From: an uncultured Bdellovibrio sp.
Lineage (GTDB): Bacteria; Bdellovibrionota; Bdellovibrionia; Bdellovibrionales; Bdellovibrionaceae
NCBI GenBank assembly: GCA_963932905.1
Contig: CAWVRN010000001.1
Location: forward strand, 507,391-571,390
Direction: 5' to 3'
Length of the DNA stretch: 64,000 nucleotides
The first letter of the stretch is position 1. Each line of letters opens with the position of its first letter. Made by a program: the position numbers and the translations under genes. Below the pieces are notes generated by a model. The model was not told the DNA's origin and searched no databases. It saw only the letters and a program-made list of their open reading frames with translations. Of the stretch, positions 11,514 through 21,893 are shown piece by piece.

Positions 11514-11708
11514 ATGCCATTTGTTAAACTTAGAGACGGTGAAAACTTTGAATCTGCTTTCAGAAAATTCAAAAAATCTTGTGAAAAAGCGGGTATCCTT
11601 TCAGAAGTAAAAAAACGCGAACATTTCGAAAAACCTAGCGTACGTTTGAAAAAGAAGTCTTTAGCTGCTCGTAAAAGAGCTCTTAAAAAAGCTAAAATGA
11701 GAGACTAG
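11514..11708 (+). CDS. rpsU: 30S ribosomal protein S21
   Basis: RKFKK...KREHFEKPS. Confidence 0.97.
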   Translation: MPFVKLRDGENFESAFRKFKKSCEKAGILSEVKKREHFEKPSVRLKKKSLAARKRALKKAKMRD

Positions 11709-11737
11709 TCATCAGACTAAATAAACCAAAATAATGG

Positions 11738-11772
11738 GACAGCTAAGTTGAAAAACTTGGCTGTTTCTATTT
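11738..11772 (+). terminator. Intrinsic terminator/attenuator after rpsU
   Basis: GACAGCTAAGTT-GAAA-AACTTGGCTGTT followed by T-rich tract. Confidence 0.65.
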
Positions 11773-11812
11773 TAATGATCCAAACAAAACGTTATATCCC
11801 AGGGGTTCCTAA

Positions 11813-12262
11813 ATGGAAATTCGTGAAAAGTTAATGTCCGACATGAAAGACGCGATGAGAGCCAAAGACTCTGTAAAACTAGAAGCCATCCGTTTTTTGC
11901 AATCAGCAATCAAATACAAAGAAGTTGAAGTTCGTCCCAATGCTATAACAGCCGACGACGTACTTGGCGTAATTAAAAAATTAGTAAAACAAAGAAAAGA
12001 ATCTATCGAGCAGTTCAAGGCAGCCTCTCGCCAAGATCTAGTCGACAAAGAAACTCTAGAATTGAAAGTTTTAGAAGCGTATTTGCCGGCGCAAATGACC
12101 GCCGATCAAATTGCCGCTATCGTAACTGAAGTTATTGCCAAAACAGGCGCTAAATCCATTAAAGAAATGGGCATGGTGATGAAAGAAGTTATGGCCAAAA
12201 CCGCTGGAGCCGCGGATAACAAGACCGTGAGCGAAATTATTAAACAAAAGCTATCTGTTTAG
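11813..12262 (+). CDS. yqeY: GatB/YqeY domain protein
   Basis: MKDAMRAKD, KQRKESIEQF, YLPAQ, EMGMVM. Confidence 0.92.
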   Translation: MEIREKLMSDMKDAMRAKDSVKLEAIRFLQSAIKYKEVEVRPNAITADDVLGVIKKLVKQRKESIEQFKAASRQDLVDKETLELKVLEAYLPAQMTADQIAAIVTEVIAKTGAKSIKEMGMVMKEVMAKTAGAADNKTVSEIIKQKLSV

Positions 12263-12334
12263 ATAGCTTTTGCTGTTCTTTTTGGGCAAATGCCTTAATC
12301 TATTAGTACACACTTAAGACAGAGACAGGCGACG

Positions 12335-14317
12335 ATGAAGTTTTCTCAGGAATTTATTGATCAAGTTCAAGACGCTAATAATCTCGTCGATATTATTTCT
12401 CAATACACGCAGTTAAAACAGTCGGGATCGGGCTTGATGGGTCGCTGTCCCTTTCCAGATCACAAGGAAAAAACACCCAGCTTTTCTGTGTCGGAAGCCA
12501 AACAGGTTTATCACTGTTTTGGCTGTCAAAAGAGCGGAAATATTTTTACATTTTTAAATCAATATCAAGGTATGTCGTTCCCGCAATCGATGGAATACCT
12601 AGCCGATCGCGCCGGTATAGCCCTTCCGAAAGAGACTCAGGATTTTGACGACAAGAATGCTATTCGCAAAAAAGAAATTTTAAAATTAAACAAAACCGCA
12701 CTGAATTTTTTCAATAAAAATTTAGAGACGGCAGGAAAAGATCACCCTGTTCGTCAGTACATGAATAAACGTGGACTGACAGATGACATTATCAAAATGT
12801 TCCGCCTAGGTTGGTCGCTTCCAGAATGGGAAACTCTGGCAAATCATCTAAAATCATCAGGGCATTCTTTGGATTTGGCTGAAGAGGCGCGTTTAGTGAA
12901 ACGTAAATCTAAAGAATCGGGATTCTATGATATCTTCCGTGAACGTTTGATATTCCCTATCACAAACTCGATGGGCGACGTTTTGGCATTTGGTGGTCGT
13001 ATCCTGGCTCAGGGCGAGCCTAAATATTTGAACTCGCCCGAAACTCAGGTTTTTCAAAAAGGGAAAATATTTTACGGCTTAGAACAAACGGCCCGTTATA
13101 TTCGATCTCAAGATCAGATCATAATAGTCGAGGGCTACATGGATCTGATTTCCCTGTTTCAGAGTGGCATTCGCAATGCTGTGGCTACGATGGGGACGGC
13201 ACTGACCTCGGATCATGGGCGTGTTATCAAGCGTCTGACTCGTAATGTAGTTGTACTATTTGACGGGGATCGTGCGGGTAAAGAAGCCGCAGAACGCAGC
13301 CTGTCGCTGCTTTTAGAGCAAGACCTATATCCCCGAGGTTTGATCCTGCCGGACAACATGGACCCGGATGACTTTGTCAAAAGCCGAGGCGTCGGCGAGT
13401 TGAACCAGTTAATTGACCGTTCGCCTGACCTAATGAATCTAATATTTATGGAATGGTTAGTGGGATTTGGCGGAGAGCCAAGCGAGAAAATCCAGATCGC
13501 AAACAAGCTAAAGAAGGTTTTGGACGTTATCCCAGATCCTCAGTATCGAAAGCTTTATGTTGAACAGCTGGCTCCCATGATGGGAGTTGATAAAAATTGG
13601 TTGCGTGAAACCGTGTTAGCGAAGCCGTCTTCAGGGACTGCTCATCCACATCAGCAACCAATTCAAGCGCCTATTAGGCAAATCAAGCAGGAACCAAAGG
13701 TAACGTCAAATTCGGTGCCAAATGTTTCGAATGATCAAGTGAACTTCCCAGTGAAATCCGCTTCGAAAGTAGAGAAGCATTTGCTTTCGTTAGTTATCAA
13801 ATCTCGTGCCAATTTAGACTATTTTTTGGATCAGAATTTGGGTCAATACCTAGTGAATATCCCTATGAAAAATCTTTTCAAATTCATCGATCAACACTAT
13901 AGACAAAACCCTGAAAAGTTTGATAGGTTGACTAGTCTGTTAATAACTCAAATCGATGAACCGAACATTTTGTTTTTTAAGACCCCACAAGAAATTTGGA
14001 AGGGACAAAAAAAACAAACTGAAAAAGTCGACAAAGGTGACACAGATTGGGAATCGGTAGACGCGAATGATGGCAGCATCAACGAAGCAGAATCCGATTC
14101 AGCGAGTGAGTTCGACGAACAAAAAAAATTAGAGCTAGAAGCTAAATTTTTTAAGGACGCCGTCAAGCGAGTCAAAGAGGACTTTTTGAAAGAGAGATTG
14201 AAAACGATCTCCCACGAGCTAAAGGTGAGCGCAACACCAGAGAAACTCGAAGAGATGATGGCGATTCAAAAATCGCTTAAAGATCTCAAGGACAGTAAGG
14301 AAACCGCGCAGAGCTAG
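12335..14317 (+). CDS. dnaG: DNA primase
   Basis: CPFPDH..CFGC zinc finger, [21 protein letters not shown]. Confidence 0.97.
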   Translation: MKFSQEFIDQVQDANNLVDIISQYTQLKQSGSGLMGRCPFPDHKEKTPSFSVSEAKQVYHCFGCQKSGNIFTFLNQYQGMSFPQSMEYLADRAGIALPKETQDFDDKNAIRKKEILKLNKTALNFFNKNLETAGKDHPVRQYMNKRGLTDDIIKMFRLGWSLPEWETLANHLKSSGHSLDLAEEARLVKRKSKESGFYDIFRERLIFPITNSMGDVLAFGGRILAQGEPKYLNSPETQVFQKGKIFYGLEQTARYIRSQDQIIIVEGYMDLISLFQSGIRNAVATMGTALTSDHGRVIKRLTRNVVVLFDGDRAGKEAAERSLSLLLEQDLYPRGLILPDNMDPDDFVKSRGVGELNQLIDRSPDLMNLIFMEWLVGFGGEPSEKIQIANKLKKVLDVIPDPQYRKLYVEQLAPMMGVDKNWLRETVLAKPSSGTAHPHQQPIQAPIRQIKQEPKVTSNSVPNVSNDQVNFPVKSASKVEKHLLSLVIKSRANLDYFLDQNLGQYLVNIPMKNLFKFIDQHYRQNPEKFDRLTSLLITQIDEPNILFFKTPQEIWKGQKKQTEKVDKGDTDWESVDANDGSINEAESDSASEFDEQKKLELEAKFFKDAVKRVKEDFLKERLKTISHELKVSATPEKLEEMMAIQKSLKDLKDSKETAQS

Positions 14318-14331
14318 AAACAGGGGAACGA

Positions 14332-16161
14332 GTGAAGTCAAACATACCCAATAAATCGAAAGAGCCAGTAAAAGTCCTTTCTCAAGCCGAACAAGAAGTA
14401 ATCATCAAAGAAGAAATTCAGCGATTTTTAAAAATAGCTAAAGAGAAAAAAGCTCTTACGATCGAAGAGATCAACGAGATCCTTCCTCCAGAAATTTTAT
14501 TACCAGTAGTTATCGATCAATTTATGCATGCTTTGGAAGCTCAAGGCGTAGTGATCACGGATCACTCTGAAATGGCAGCTAAAGAAGAAGGTGATTCTCC
14601 GTTCTTGTCAGATATCGACAAAGAGGAAGAAGAAGACGAAGACGCTGAAGAAAAAGCAGAAACTGAAGACGTTAAAGGTAATGACCCAGTTCGTTTATAC
14701 CTACGCAAAATGGGAAGTGTTTCATTATTAACTCGCGAGGGTGAAGTTGAAATCGCTAGACGTATCGAGAAAGGGGAACGTGAAATCGTTCGTGCGATCT
14801 TGATGTCACCATTAGGAACTTGGGAAATTATCAACTTAGGTAAGCGCCTTGACGAAGGCCGTATCAAAGTTAAATCGATCTTCCGTGGTTTGGAAGACGA
14901 AGATACTCAATACGATGAAAAAGAATACATCGACAAGATTCATGAATTAATCGGAACGGTAACAGTTTACCAAAACGACACTCGTGCATTCTTTGAAGTT
15001 TTAAGACAAGAAAATACACCCAACGACAAACGAAATGCGACGATGTCGGAACTTCGTGTGTTGAACGAAAAATTGATGCAAAATTTTGAATCCATCAATT
15101 TCAATCGTAAAACAATCAATCGTATTGTGATCAAATTCAAAAACTTAGTGAATCGCGTTTCTACATTAAGAAAACGTATCAAAGACGGCGTAGAAAGAAC
15201 AATGTCTAAAGATATCAACTCTCTTGTTGAGCGTTTGAAAGTGATTGAAGGAAACGAAAAAGAATTAACGAAAATGACTAAAGACACGGGTCTAAGCTAC
15301 CACCGCTTTAGATCTTACGTTGTTCAAGCTCAGGAAGCTGATGCTCGTTTAAAACGTCTAGATTCTGAAACGGAAATGACTTTCCGTTGGATTCAAGAAA
15401 CGTACACCGCTATCTGGAAAGGTGAGCGCGAGGCTGATGCAGCGAAGTCTGAACTTGTAGAAGCGAATTTACGTCTCGTAGTGTCTATTGCTAAGAAATA
15501 CACAAACCGTGGGTTGCAATTCCTAGATCTAATTCAGGAAGGTAACATCGGTTTGATGAAAGCCGTTGATAAGTTCGAGTATCGTCGTGGTTACAAATTT
15601 TCGACTTACGCGACTTGGTGGATTCGACAGGCGATCACGCGCGCTATCGCGGATCAGGCCCGTACAATTCGTATTCCAGTACATATGATTGAAACTATTA
15701 ATAAACTTGTTCGTACATCTCGCTATTTGATCCAAGAATTAGGTCGTGAGCCATTGCCAGAGGAAATCGCAGAAAAAATGGATATGCCTGTGGATAAAGT
15801 ACGCAAAGTTCTTAAAATTGCTAAAGAGCCAATCAGCTTAGAAACACCAGTGGGTGAAGAAGAAGATTCGCACTTGGGCGACTTTATCGAAGACAAAAAG
15901 GTTATTAATCCAGCAGAAGCGATTGTGAATTTGAACTTGGCGGAACAAACTCGTCGTGTTCTATCCACGTTAACAGCGCGTGAAGAGAAAGTGTTACGTA
16001 TGCGTTTCGGTATCGGTGAAGAGTCGGATCACACTTTGGAAGAAGTGGGCCAAGATTTCAACGTAACTCGTGAGCGTATTCGTCAGATTGAAGCCAAGGC
16101 ACTTCGCAAGCTTCGTCACCCAAGCCGCTCTAACAAGCTTAAAGCTTTCGTTGACGGATAA
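14332..16161 (+). CDS. rpoD: Primary sigma factor sigma70
   Basis: [39 protein letters not shown]. Confidence 0.98.
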   Translation: MKSNIPNKSKEPVKVLSQAEQEVIIKEEIQRFLKIAKEKKALTIEEINEILPPEILLPVVIDQFMHALEAQGVVITDHSEMAAKEEGDSPFLSDIDKEEEEDEDAEEKAETEDVKGNDPVRLYLRKMGSVSLLTREGEVEIARRIEKGEREIVRAILMSPLGTWEIINLGKRLDEGRIKVKSIFRGLEDEDTQYDEKEYIDKIHELIGTVTVYQNDTRAFFEVLRQENTPNDKRNATMSELRVLNEKLMQNFESINFNRKTINRIVIKFKNLVNRVSTLRKRIKDGVERTMSKDINSLVERLKVIEGNEKELTKMTKDTGLSYHRFRSYVVQAQEADARLKRLDSETEMTFRWIQETYTAIWKGEREADAAKSELVEANLRLVVSIAKKYTNRGLQFLDLIQEGNIGLMKAVDKFEYRRGYKFSTYATWWIRQAITRAIADQARTIRIPVHMIETINKLVRTSRYLIQELGREPLPEEIAEKMDMPVDKVRKVLKIAKEPISLETPVGEEEDSHLGDFIEDKKVINPAEAIVNLNLAEQTRRVLSTLTAREEKVLRMRFGIGEESDHTLEEVGQDFNVTRERIRQIEAKALRKLRHPSRSNKLKAFVDG

Positions 16162-16184
16162 ATTAGTATCTTTTAAATTTTAAT

Positions 16185-16211
16185 AGAACCTATCGCCAAC
16201 TGGTAGGTTCT
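16185..16211 (+). terminator. Hairpin after rpoD
   Basis: AGAACCTATC...GGTAGGTTCT stem, weak U tract. Confidence 0.45.
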
Positions 16212-16225
16212 TGAATTCCCAAGGC

Positions 16226-16302
16226 GGGGGTGTAGCTTAGTTGGTTAAAGCAATCGGCTCATAACCGATGGATCCGGGGTTCAAGTCCCTGCGCCCCTAC
16301 CA
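16226..16302 (+). tRNA. tRNA with CAT anticodon (tRNA-Ile2 or elongator tRNA-Met); ICE target
   Basis: Cloverleaf: acceptor GGGGGTG/CGCCCCT, anticodon arm ATCGG-CTCATAA-CCGAT, T loop TTCAAGT, encoded CCA; lacks initiator features; position after rpoD favours Ile2. Confidence 0.95.
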
Positions 16303-16323
16303 ATTTTATCGTTACCTGAACTT
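16273..16323. repeat. Left attachment junction (tRNA arm + CTACCA core + element arm)
   Basis: Core CTACCA 16297-16302; element arm TTACCTGAACTT 16312-16323 is the exact reverse complement of 61681-61692. Confidence 0.85.
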
Positions 16324-18101
16324 CTGATCGAGGAGTTCTGGTTTTCTCCAGCAGCACATTTTAAATTCTCACCCGCAGCTTCGGCTGCCGAATCAGGGAC
16401 CGTACCTGAGGATATCGCACGTCTTCTTTCATTCGCATTGGGAGCTGGGCGTTTTCGACGACCAAATGAAATAATGTTAGACTTATCATTTGAGTTTTCG
16501 CCTTGTGGCTCCACTTTAAGAGAAAAATCCCGATCTTCAGAGTTCGTCCAGAACGTAATTAAAAGCTCTGTTTGGGTCACAACGATCTCTTTTATAGTTC
16601 GTCGTAATAGTCGCTTACGCATGGCTGGCGTCGCCTTAGCCCAGCCCTGCATGCACCACCGGATTTGATTTTCTACGAATAGGGTTTGCTCTTTAAAGGC
16701 AAATGGGTCACTGGCTTTTGGATCAAGGGTTGATAAGTATTTCTCAAGGTCTTGCTTTTGTTTCGCAAGACGATTGAGTTCATCACTCGCCAGTTTCAGA
16801 GCATCTTCGCTTAATTGCATTCTAGATTGGTTTGTCCAAATCGAGGTAATGCGATTTTGAATGTCCTTAAGCTCTTTTTGTGTTCGATCAAATTCCGCAG
16901 CGCCGCCCTTTGTGTTTGCATCGGATTGTGATTTTAGAGTTTTTTCTAGATCATCAAAATATCCCTGAGTCATTAAAGCCGATCGCAATTCAGAAATCAC
17001 TTTTTCTTCCAGTTCGTCCGCATTCAAGCGTGGTCTTACGACTTTTAAATCTTTTGGACGACGCGAATAATGATAATATCTATGAATGGTTCCGCTACTT
17101 CCATGACCGGCTTGGCCGACAAGTGGTATTCCTGTAATTCCACAAGTCAGTATGCTCGTCAGAAGAAAAATGCGTTTTTCAGTTTTGGACATTCGTGTGC
17201 GTTCTCTCAGTGAAGCTTCTTCAAGTAAACTTTGAGCATCGAAAAATATCTTTTCATCTAAAATCGCAGGCCATGCGGCAGGAACAATTTGATATTTTTG
17301 CCAAGGCTTCAAGTGGGACGGGTCTTCATCCTTATAGACTTTATTTACTTCTCGTTTTCCGATGTACGCGATGTTTTCAATCAATGAACCTAAGCTTTGA
17401 TAATTCCAAATTGAATTTTGATTTTCTTTTTGTTTTGTGGAAGTTCGCTTAGGTCTAATTCCTAATTCGTTAAGCTTCGCTACCGCTTTCGCACGCGAGC
17501 CTTCATCCAAAAATATTTGAAATATTTTTTGAACGATTTGAACTTCGCTTTCATTTACCACAAGCAAACCTTTTTTGTCGGGATGTTTATCGTAACCCAT
17601 CGGAGCTGGGCCACCATTCACAAGACCGCGTAGTGCCCGTGAATGGCAATTCACTGCCACACGTTCACTTGTTTGCTCTCTTTCAAACTGACCTAAAATA
17701 ATAATGATATACACAAGCATGCGCCCAATCGGGGTGCTTGTATCAAACTGTTCTTTCATCGAAAGGTAACTTGCATGATGCTTTTCTAGTTCGTTAATAA
17801 GAGAGCAGAAATCCATCAAATTGCGTGAAAGTCGGGTTAAATCACTGACTAGAATTAAATTTATTTTCCCTTTGCGAACGTCAGACATTAGTTTTTGGTA
17901 AACAGGTCGATTCGTCGTTCCGGCGGATACGCCCTCTTCAACGTAAAACTCGACGATATTTCCCCAGTCAGCTTGTTGACGATTTTTATACTGCACAAAC
18001 TCATTGATTCTATATTTTTGCGAATCTAGCGATCCCTCAAAAACATTTACCTGATCTTCCGTTGATACTCTTATGTAGGCCCCAATCTTAAGCGACTTCA
18101 T
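16281..18101 (-). CDS. Large serine recombinase (integrase), integrated-state form; stop codon lies in the tRNA T loop
   Basis: YIRVST catalytic Ser, DLTRLSR, FEREQTSER, APMGY recombinase domain, zinc-ribbon-like segment, coiled coil. Confidence 0.95.
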   Translation of the reverse strand: MKSLKIGAYIRVSTEDQVNVFEGSLDSQKYRINEFVQYKNRQQADWGNIVEFYVEEGVSAGTTNRPVYQKLMSDVRKGKINLILVSDLTRLSRNLMDFCSLINELEKHHASYLSMKEQFDTSTPIGRMLVYIIIILGQFEREQTSERVAVNCHSRALRGLVNGGPAPMGYDKHPDKKGLLVVNESEVQIVQKIFQIFLDEGSRAKAVAKLNELGIRPKRTSTKQKENQNSIWNYQSLGSLIENIAYIGKREVNKVYKDEDPSHLKPWQKYQIVPAAWPAILDEKIFFDAQSLLEEASLRERTRMSKTEKRIFLLTSILTCGITGIPLVGQAGHGSSGTIHRYYHYSRRPKDLKVVRPRLNADELEEKVISELRSALMTQGYFDDLEKTLKSQSDANTKGGAAEFDRTQKELKDIQNRITSIWTNQSRMQLSEDALKLASDELNRLAKQKQDLEKYLSTLDPKASDPFAFKEQTLFVENQIRWCMQGWAKATPAMRKRLLRRTIKEIVVTQTELLITFWTNSEDRDFSLKVEPQGENSNDKSNIISFGRRKRPAPNANERRRAISSGTVPDSAAEAAGENLKCAAGENQNSSIRSSGNDKIGRGAGT

Positions 18102-18294
18102 CTAAAATCTCCTCTCGGATAACGGGACGACCTTTTCTCTGGCCAAGTAAAATAAGCTGACAGATAATTTCTTTCGCCTGGCTCATGCGAAGTTTTCCTT
18201 CCGGAGTTCTGTCATTTTCGAATCTTACTCTCACAATTAAATCCTTTGCCTTTGAAAAAGTGTCATCCGTTGTTGTTACAACTTTCAGACTCAC
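18088..18294 (-). CDS. Small protein overlapping int start, candidate directionality factor
   Basis: 68 aa, basic KGRP motif, coupled to int; function inferred from position only. Confidence 0.5.
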   Translation of the reverse strand: MSLKVVTTTDDTFSKAKDLIVRVRFENDRTPEGKLRMSQAKEIICQLILLGQRKGRPVIREEILDEVA

Positions 18295-18545
18295 TTAGAG
18301 CCTTTTCGTTTGGGTTTACTGAGCTCTGCACAATGATCTTTTAATTCTGTCAGCAGCTCTGATCTTTTTTTCTCGGGCCACTGATCTAAAATTCTCATGA
18401 TCGATTGAATCAATACGCTTGGCGTTCTAAAACCGCTTTCATAGTGATTCACTGGCAAGTAACTCGATAACCCAAATACTTCGGCAAGTTGCTTTTGCGT
18501 AAGCCCCATTTTTTCTCGTATTTCACGAAATTCTTTAGGCTTCAT
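18291..18545 (-). CDS. XRE-family HTH regulator
   Basis: IREKMGLTQKQLAEVFG...YESGFRTP. Confidence 0.85.
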   Translation of the reverse strand: MKPKEFREIREKMGLTQKQLAEVFGLSSYLPVNHYESGFRTPSVLIQSIMRILDQWPEKKRSELLTELKDHCAELSKPKRKGSK

Positions 18546-18964
18546 GCCGATTCCTTACTTTCTTCAACATTATCTATGATAATGTTTTGATTCAAGCTCT
18601 TTTTAGCTTTTTTCGCAGTTGGCTGTGGACCTGCGTCTAAAAATTCTTGCAGTAATAGTTCACGAATTGAATCTGGGATAACGCCAGTTTCTTTAATACG
18701 CTTCATTTTCACCTCCATCGCCGTTATAGGATCAAAAAACAATACCCTCATATCATGGATTTCTTTCTCAGTGCAGCTAGAAACGAAACGCATAATGATA
18801 TGTGACGCTAAATCTTGCTTCGTCGCTCGACCCGCATCAAATTTTTCGTCAATTCTATTTAACACCTCAACCAATGCTCTATCAGCTTCTTTAGAAATCG
18901 CAATTTTCGCCATATTTTCTTCATTTTTATTTTTTGTCTTTAGTTCCTTTTCTTCTTTATTCAT
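18542..18964 (-). CDS. Hypothetical ICE protein, possible relaxosome accessory protein
   Basis: GGAGG RBS before ATG 18964; KIAISKEA strand-helix pattern; next to hairpin. Confidence 0.55.
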   Translation of the reverse strand: MNKEEKELKTKNKNEENMAKIAISKEADRALVEVLNRIDEKFDAGRATKQDLASHIIMRFVSSCTEKEIHDMRVLFFDPITAMEVKMKRIKETGVIPDSIRELLLQEFLDAGPQPTAKKAKKSLNQNIIIDNVEESKESA

Positions 18965-19000
18965 AATTACACCTCCTATTTTTAATATTTTTTTTGTATT

Positions 19001-19104
19001 ACCCACCCAGTCTCGTCCCCCGGTTCCTGTCCACCTCCAATCAACTCGTTGGGTGGGGGTGGACAGGAAAAATCGTAGATTTAGGGGGACGAGACTGGGT
19101 GGGT
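19001..19104. repeat. 104-nt nested inverted repeat, candidate oriT
   Basis: 21-bp perfect outer arms 19001-19021/19084-19104; 16-bp inner arms 19024-19039/19054-19069 with one mismatch. Confidence 0.75.
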
Positions 19105-19135
19105 CGCATTTGTTTGATTTTGCTTTGTATTTTCA

Positions 19136-19951
19136 TCAGGCTGCTTCCTGCTTTTTTGTATTTTTTAAAGAGACGGCAGTCTCTTTATCGTCTCGGGAAA
19201 ACCTGAGCGGCTTGATTTCAAACTTCGTTAAAATCGTTAGCAAATTTTTAAACGTCATTTCTTGATCGTTAAAGCGTATATTTGTATTTAACCTCTCAGG
19301 ATCAAATTCAGTTATATTAAATAGACCTGGGACTCGTTTTTTATCCGCAAACGCTCTACCGCTAAATGACTGCCTAACAACGGCCTCGGCTGAATCAGAG
19401 TCACAGGCAAACAACATAACACTCACTTTTGAATATCCCAGATAAGCCAATGCAATCTTAGCATAACGTGACCGTGATTTTGTGGTGCGCTCAATTTCTA
19501 GTGAACATCGAACAGAACCGCCGGCGCTTGATCTTAAATCAAAAACCACATCGGGAATTTTTGGAACTTGCTCGCCACCTAAAATCGAAAATGCATCAAC
19601 TGGATTTCGCATAAGCTCATCTTCAAGCCAATACCTTGAAATTAGGTTTCGATTTTTGAGGGCCAAAATTATTCGAGCGGCGATGGCATCGTGTTCAATA
19701 TAAATTGATTGCCGCGCCGGTCTTGCTGCATCACCAGAAACATTTCGGCCTTTAGGTGTTAGGATTAAAACTTTGTCACTCGCATTTGAACGACGGAAAT
19801 GGCCGCATTCAACGAGCGAATTCCAATACCTAAATTTGTGAGCACGGCTCATTGGGCACATAAACTCAAAAAACAAGTCTTGTGTTAAAAAGCCCCACCG
19901 TGCGGCAAATTCACGTGCCTCTGACACAATATCATTTCGCCAATGCCTCAT
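19136..19951 (-). CDS. Replic_Relax/MOBC-like putative relaxase
   Basis: wHTH-like N-terminus (LTPKG), HD, PD...LEIERTTKS..RY nuclease-fold motif; downstream of the coupling protein. Confidence 0.7.
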   Translation of the reverse strand: MRHWRNDIVSEAREFAARWGFLTQDLFFEFMCPMSRAHKFRYWNSLVECGHFRRSNASDKVLILTPKGRNVSGDAARPARQSIYIEHDAIAARIILALKNRNLISRYWLEDELMRNPVDAFSILGGEQVPKIPDVVFDLRSSAGGSVRCSLEIERTTKSRSRYAKIALAYLGYSKVSVMLFACDSDSAEAVVRQSFSGRAFADKKRVPGLFNITEFDPERLNTNIRFNDQEMTFKNLLTILTKFEIKPLRFSRDDKETAVSLKNTKKQEAA

Positions 19952-20241
19952 GGGGCCACCTTTTCTTGACCCGCGATAGGGACAAGAACAAAATTTCCGA
20001 GTTCAATTTGGCCATCAACTAAACCGGCCTCGCGCCATTCTAAAATATAATTGGAACTCAATTTATCTTTTAGGCTATCAGGAATTTTAAAGTCTGATCC
20101 AATATTCACCTGACGGATTCTAACTTGGCAGCTTGTTGTACCGACTAAAACGGTCCTTGCTCCTTCAGGGTTTCCGCACTTTGGTTTGCTGGCACATGAT
20201 GCCAATAGACTCAATGAGATACACAAAATAAGTTTACTCAT
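19948..20241 (-). CDS. Small T4SS lipoprotein (VirB7/TraV-like)
   Basis: Lipobox LASC; inside transfer operon. Confidence 0.55.
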   Translation of the reverse strand: MSKLILCISLSLLASCASKPKCGNPEGARTVLVGTTSCQVRIRQVNIGSDFKIPDSLKDKLSSNYILEWREAGLVDGQIELGNFVLVPIAGQEKVAP

Positions 20242-21893
20242 GAAGCCTTCCTATTTTGTTCAGTCAAAATATGGCTCATGACGTTTTCTGGAGTATTCTG
20301 CGCTATCACCAGCGCTTCTTTATCCGTCTCGATTTTTTTGGCTATGCTTACCGGTTCTGATTTTTTTATTTTCGGAATAACTGGTTTATCCAAATCAAAG
20401 GATTTTTTAAACTTTAGCCGAATTGGTAGACTTCCTTTTTCGTGCGGTAGAATTAGAACAGCTTCACCGATACCCATTGTTTGTTTAAAGATGTTAGGAT
20501 GAAACTTGAATTCTTCAACATCACGCACCGATCCATCACCAGTCTTTTCTGAACCAAAAAGACTTTGCTTTTGCCGTTCGGTAACTTTTGATCCTTCGCA
20601 GGTGCCAATGACTTCTGAAAAATAGCTAGCCGACTCCGGCTCATTGGTTCGCATGAATACCTTTAAGTTGGAATTGGTCAGTATGGTATTCATGACGCCA
20701 TCACCAAGGGCCTTCAAATCACCAAGGGCTTGATGGGCAAACACAATTCCGACATTGGCACTTCGCGATTTATTTAAAAGTGTTACAAACCCCGGCGTTA
20801 GGTACTCCGTAAAATCATCCAGATAAACTGAAAAGAATTTCTGGCCTTGGTATTTCCCAAGATGCCTTGAGCCCACAGCGCTTTGTAAACACTGAAGAAT
20901 CATTTTCCCGGTGGCTTTACCAAGTGTTGGAATCTTTAGGGCCGGAAGTTGGCAGTATACGATTTCGCCGTTTTCAAGCGCCTGCTCAAGATTAATATCC
21001 GAGTTTTCGCTATTAAAAATACCAGCTGACTCACCAACAGTAAAACTTTGCAGCTGCGCAACTAAGCCGCTTGTTCTTTGTTCGCGCTCTTCGCGTGTTA
21101 GCTTTAGGAAATCTTTAGACCAGGATTGCAATCTTTCGTTTTTCGACTCTGCTGCTAGCTCTGATAATACCTTTTCATTCTTAAGACACTCAATGACCCG
21201 GTACGGAGTCGCTTTGATTTTCGACGCTTCTAAAATCATTAGACAATGCAGAAAAGCATCGTACTGAATGCTTTTAAAGTATTCGTTTTCAAAATTTAAG
21301 GCGTTAAATACGCGCTCGGCGACTTCTAAGACCGATCCACCAGATAGGGGATTGAATGTGTGACTGATGCCTACATTACAAATTGATAAAATCCGAATAT
21401 CCTGTTCGCGGTCGTGTTTTTTTGCATAAGCGTAGAGTTTATCCAATAGATTTGAATCTGATTTACCATCTATCATCAAGAGTCCTCGGCCCTTTTTGAT
21501 ATCATCAATTGCCCAAGGCAGAATTACAGACTCTGTTTTGCCTGCGTTAGTTGTGCCGACAACTTGGGTATGCATTCGTCTAAAGGTTTGCTTTATAAAA
21601 ACAGATTTACCTTTATCTGAAATCCCAGCATAAACGGCGTCTTCATTTTCCTTTGGTTTAATGACATCATTTTCGATATCTCTTTCTTCAAAAAGCGAAA
21701 GCCATTTTTTCTTTAGCTTAATGAAAGCAATTAGAATTACTGCTGTAATCAATAAGGCAATAGCTATGCGCCACTTAAAATAAAACATTACGATCTGGAA
21801 TTTGTATTTTAGCCAAAGAACAAAAATCCCGAGCGTAACAACCAGTATTAAAAATCCTCTATCTGTCATGTCTGATCGATTATTTTCACTCAT
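20238..21893 (-). CDS. Type IV coupling protein (VirD4/TraD-like)
   Basis: Two N-terminal TMs, GTTNAGKT Walker A, IDGK, VYLDDF Walker B, KSRSA..HQ. Confidence 0.9.
   Translation of the reverse strand: MSENNRSDMTDRGFLILVVTLGIFVLWLKYKFQIVMFYFKWRIAIALLITAVILIAFIKLKKKWLSLFEERDIENDVIKPKENEDAVYAGISDKGKSVFIKQTFRRMHTQVVGTTNAGKTESVILPWAIDDIKKGRGLLMIDGKSDSNLLDKLYAYAKKHDREQDIRILSICNVGISHTFNPLSGGSVLEVAERVFNALNFENEYFKSIQYDAFLHCLMILEASKIKATPYRVIECLKNEKVLSELAAESKNERLQSWSKDFLKLTREEREQRTSGLVAQLQSFTVGESAGIFNSENSDINLEQALENGEIVYCQLPALKIPTLGKATGKMILQCLQSAVGSRHLGKYQGQKFFSVYLDDFTEYLTPGFVTLLNKSRSANVGIVFAHQALGDLKALGDGVMNTILTNSNLKVFMRTNEPESASYFSEVIGTCEGSKVTERQKQSLFGSEKTGDGSVRDVEEFKFHPNIFKQTMGIGEAVLILPHEKGSLPIRLKFKKSFDLDKPVIPKIKKSEPVSIAKKIETDKEALVIAQNTPENVMSHILTEQNRKAS

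Noticed and set aside
18771..19265. Plus-strand ORFs across the hairpin, and other short antisense ORFs in the track
   Set aside because: Shadow frames opposite well-supported genes.
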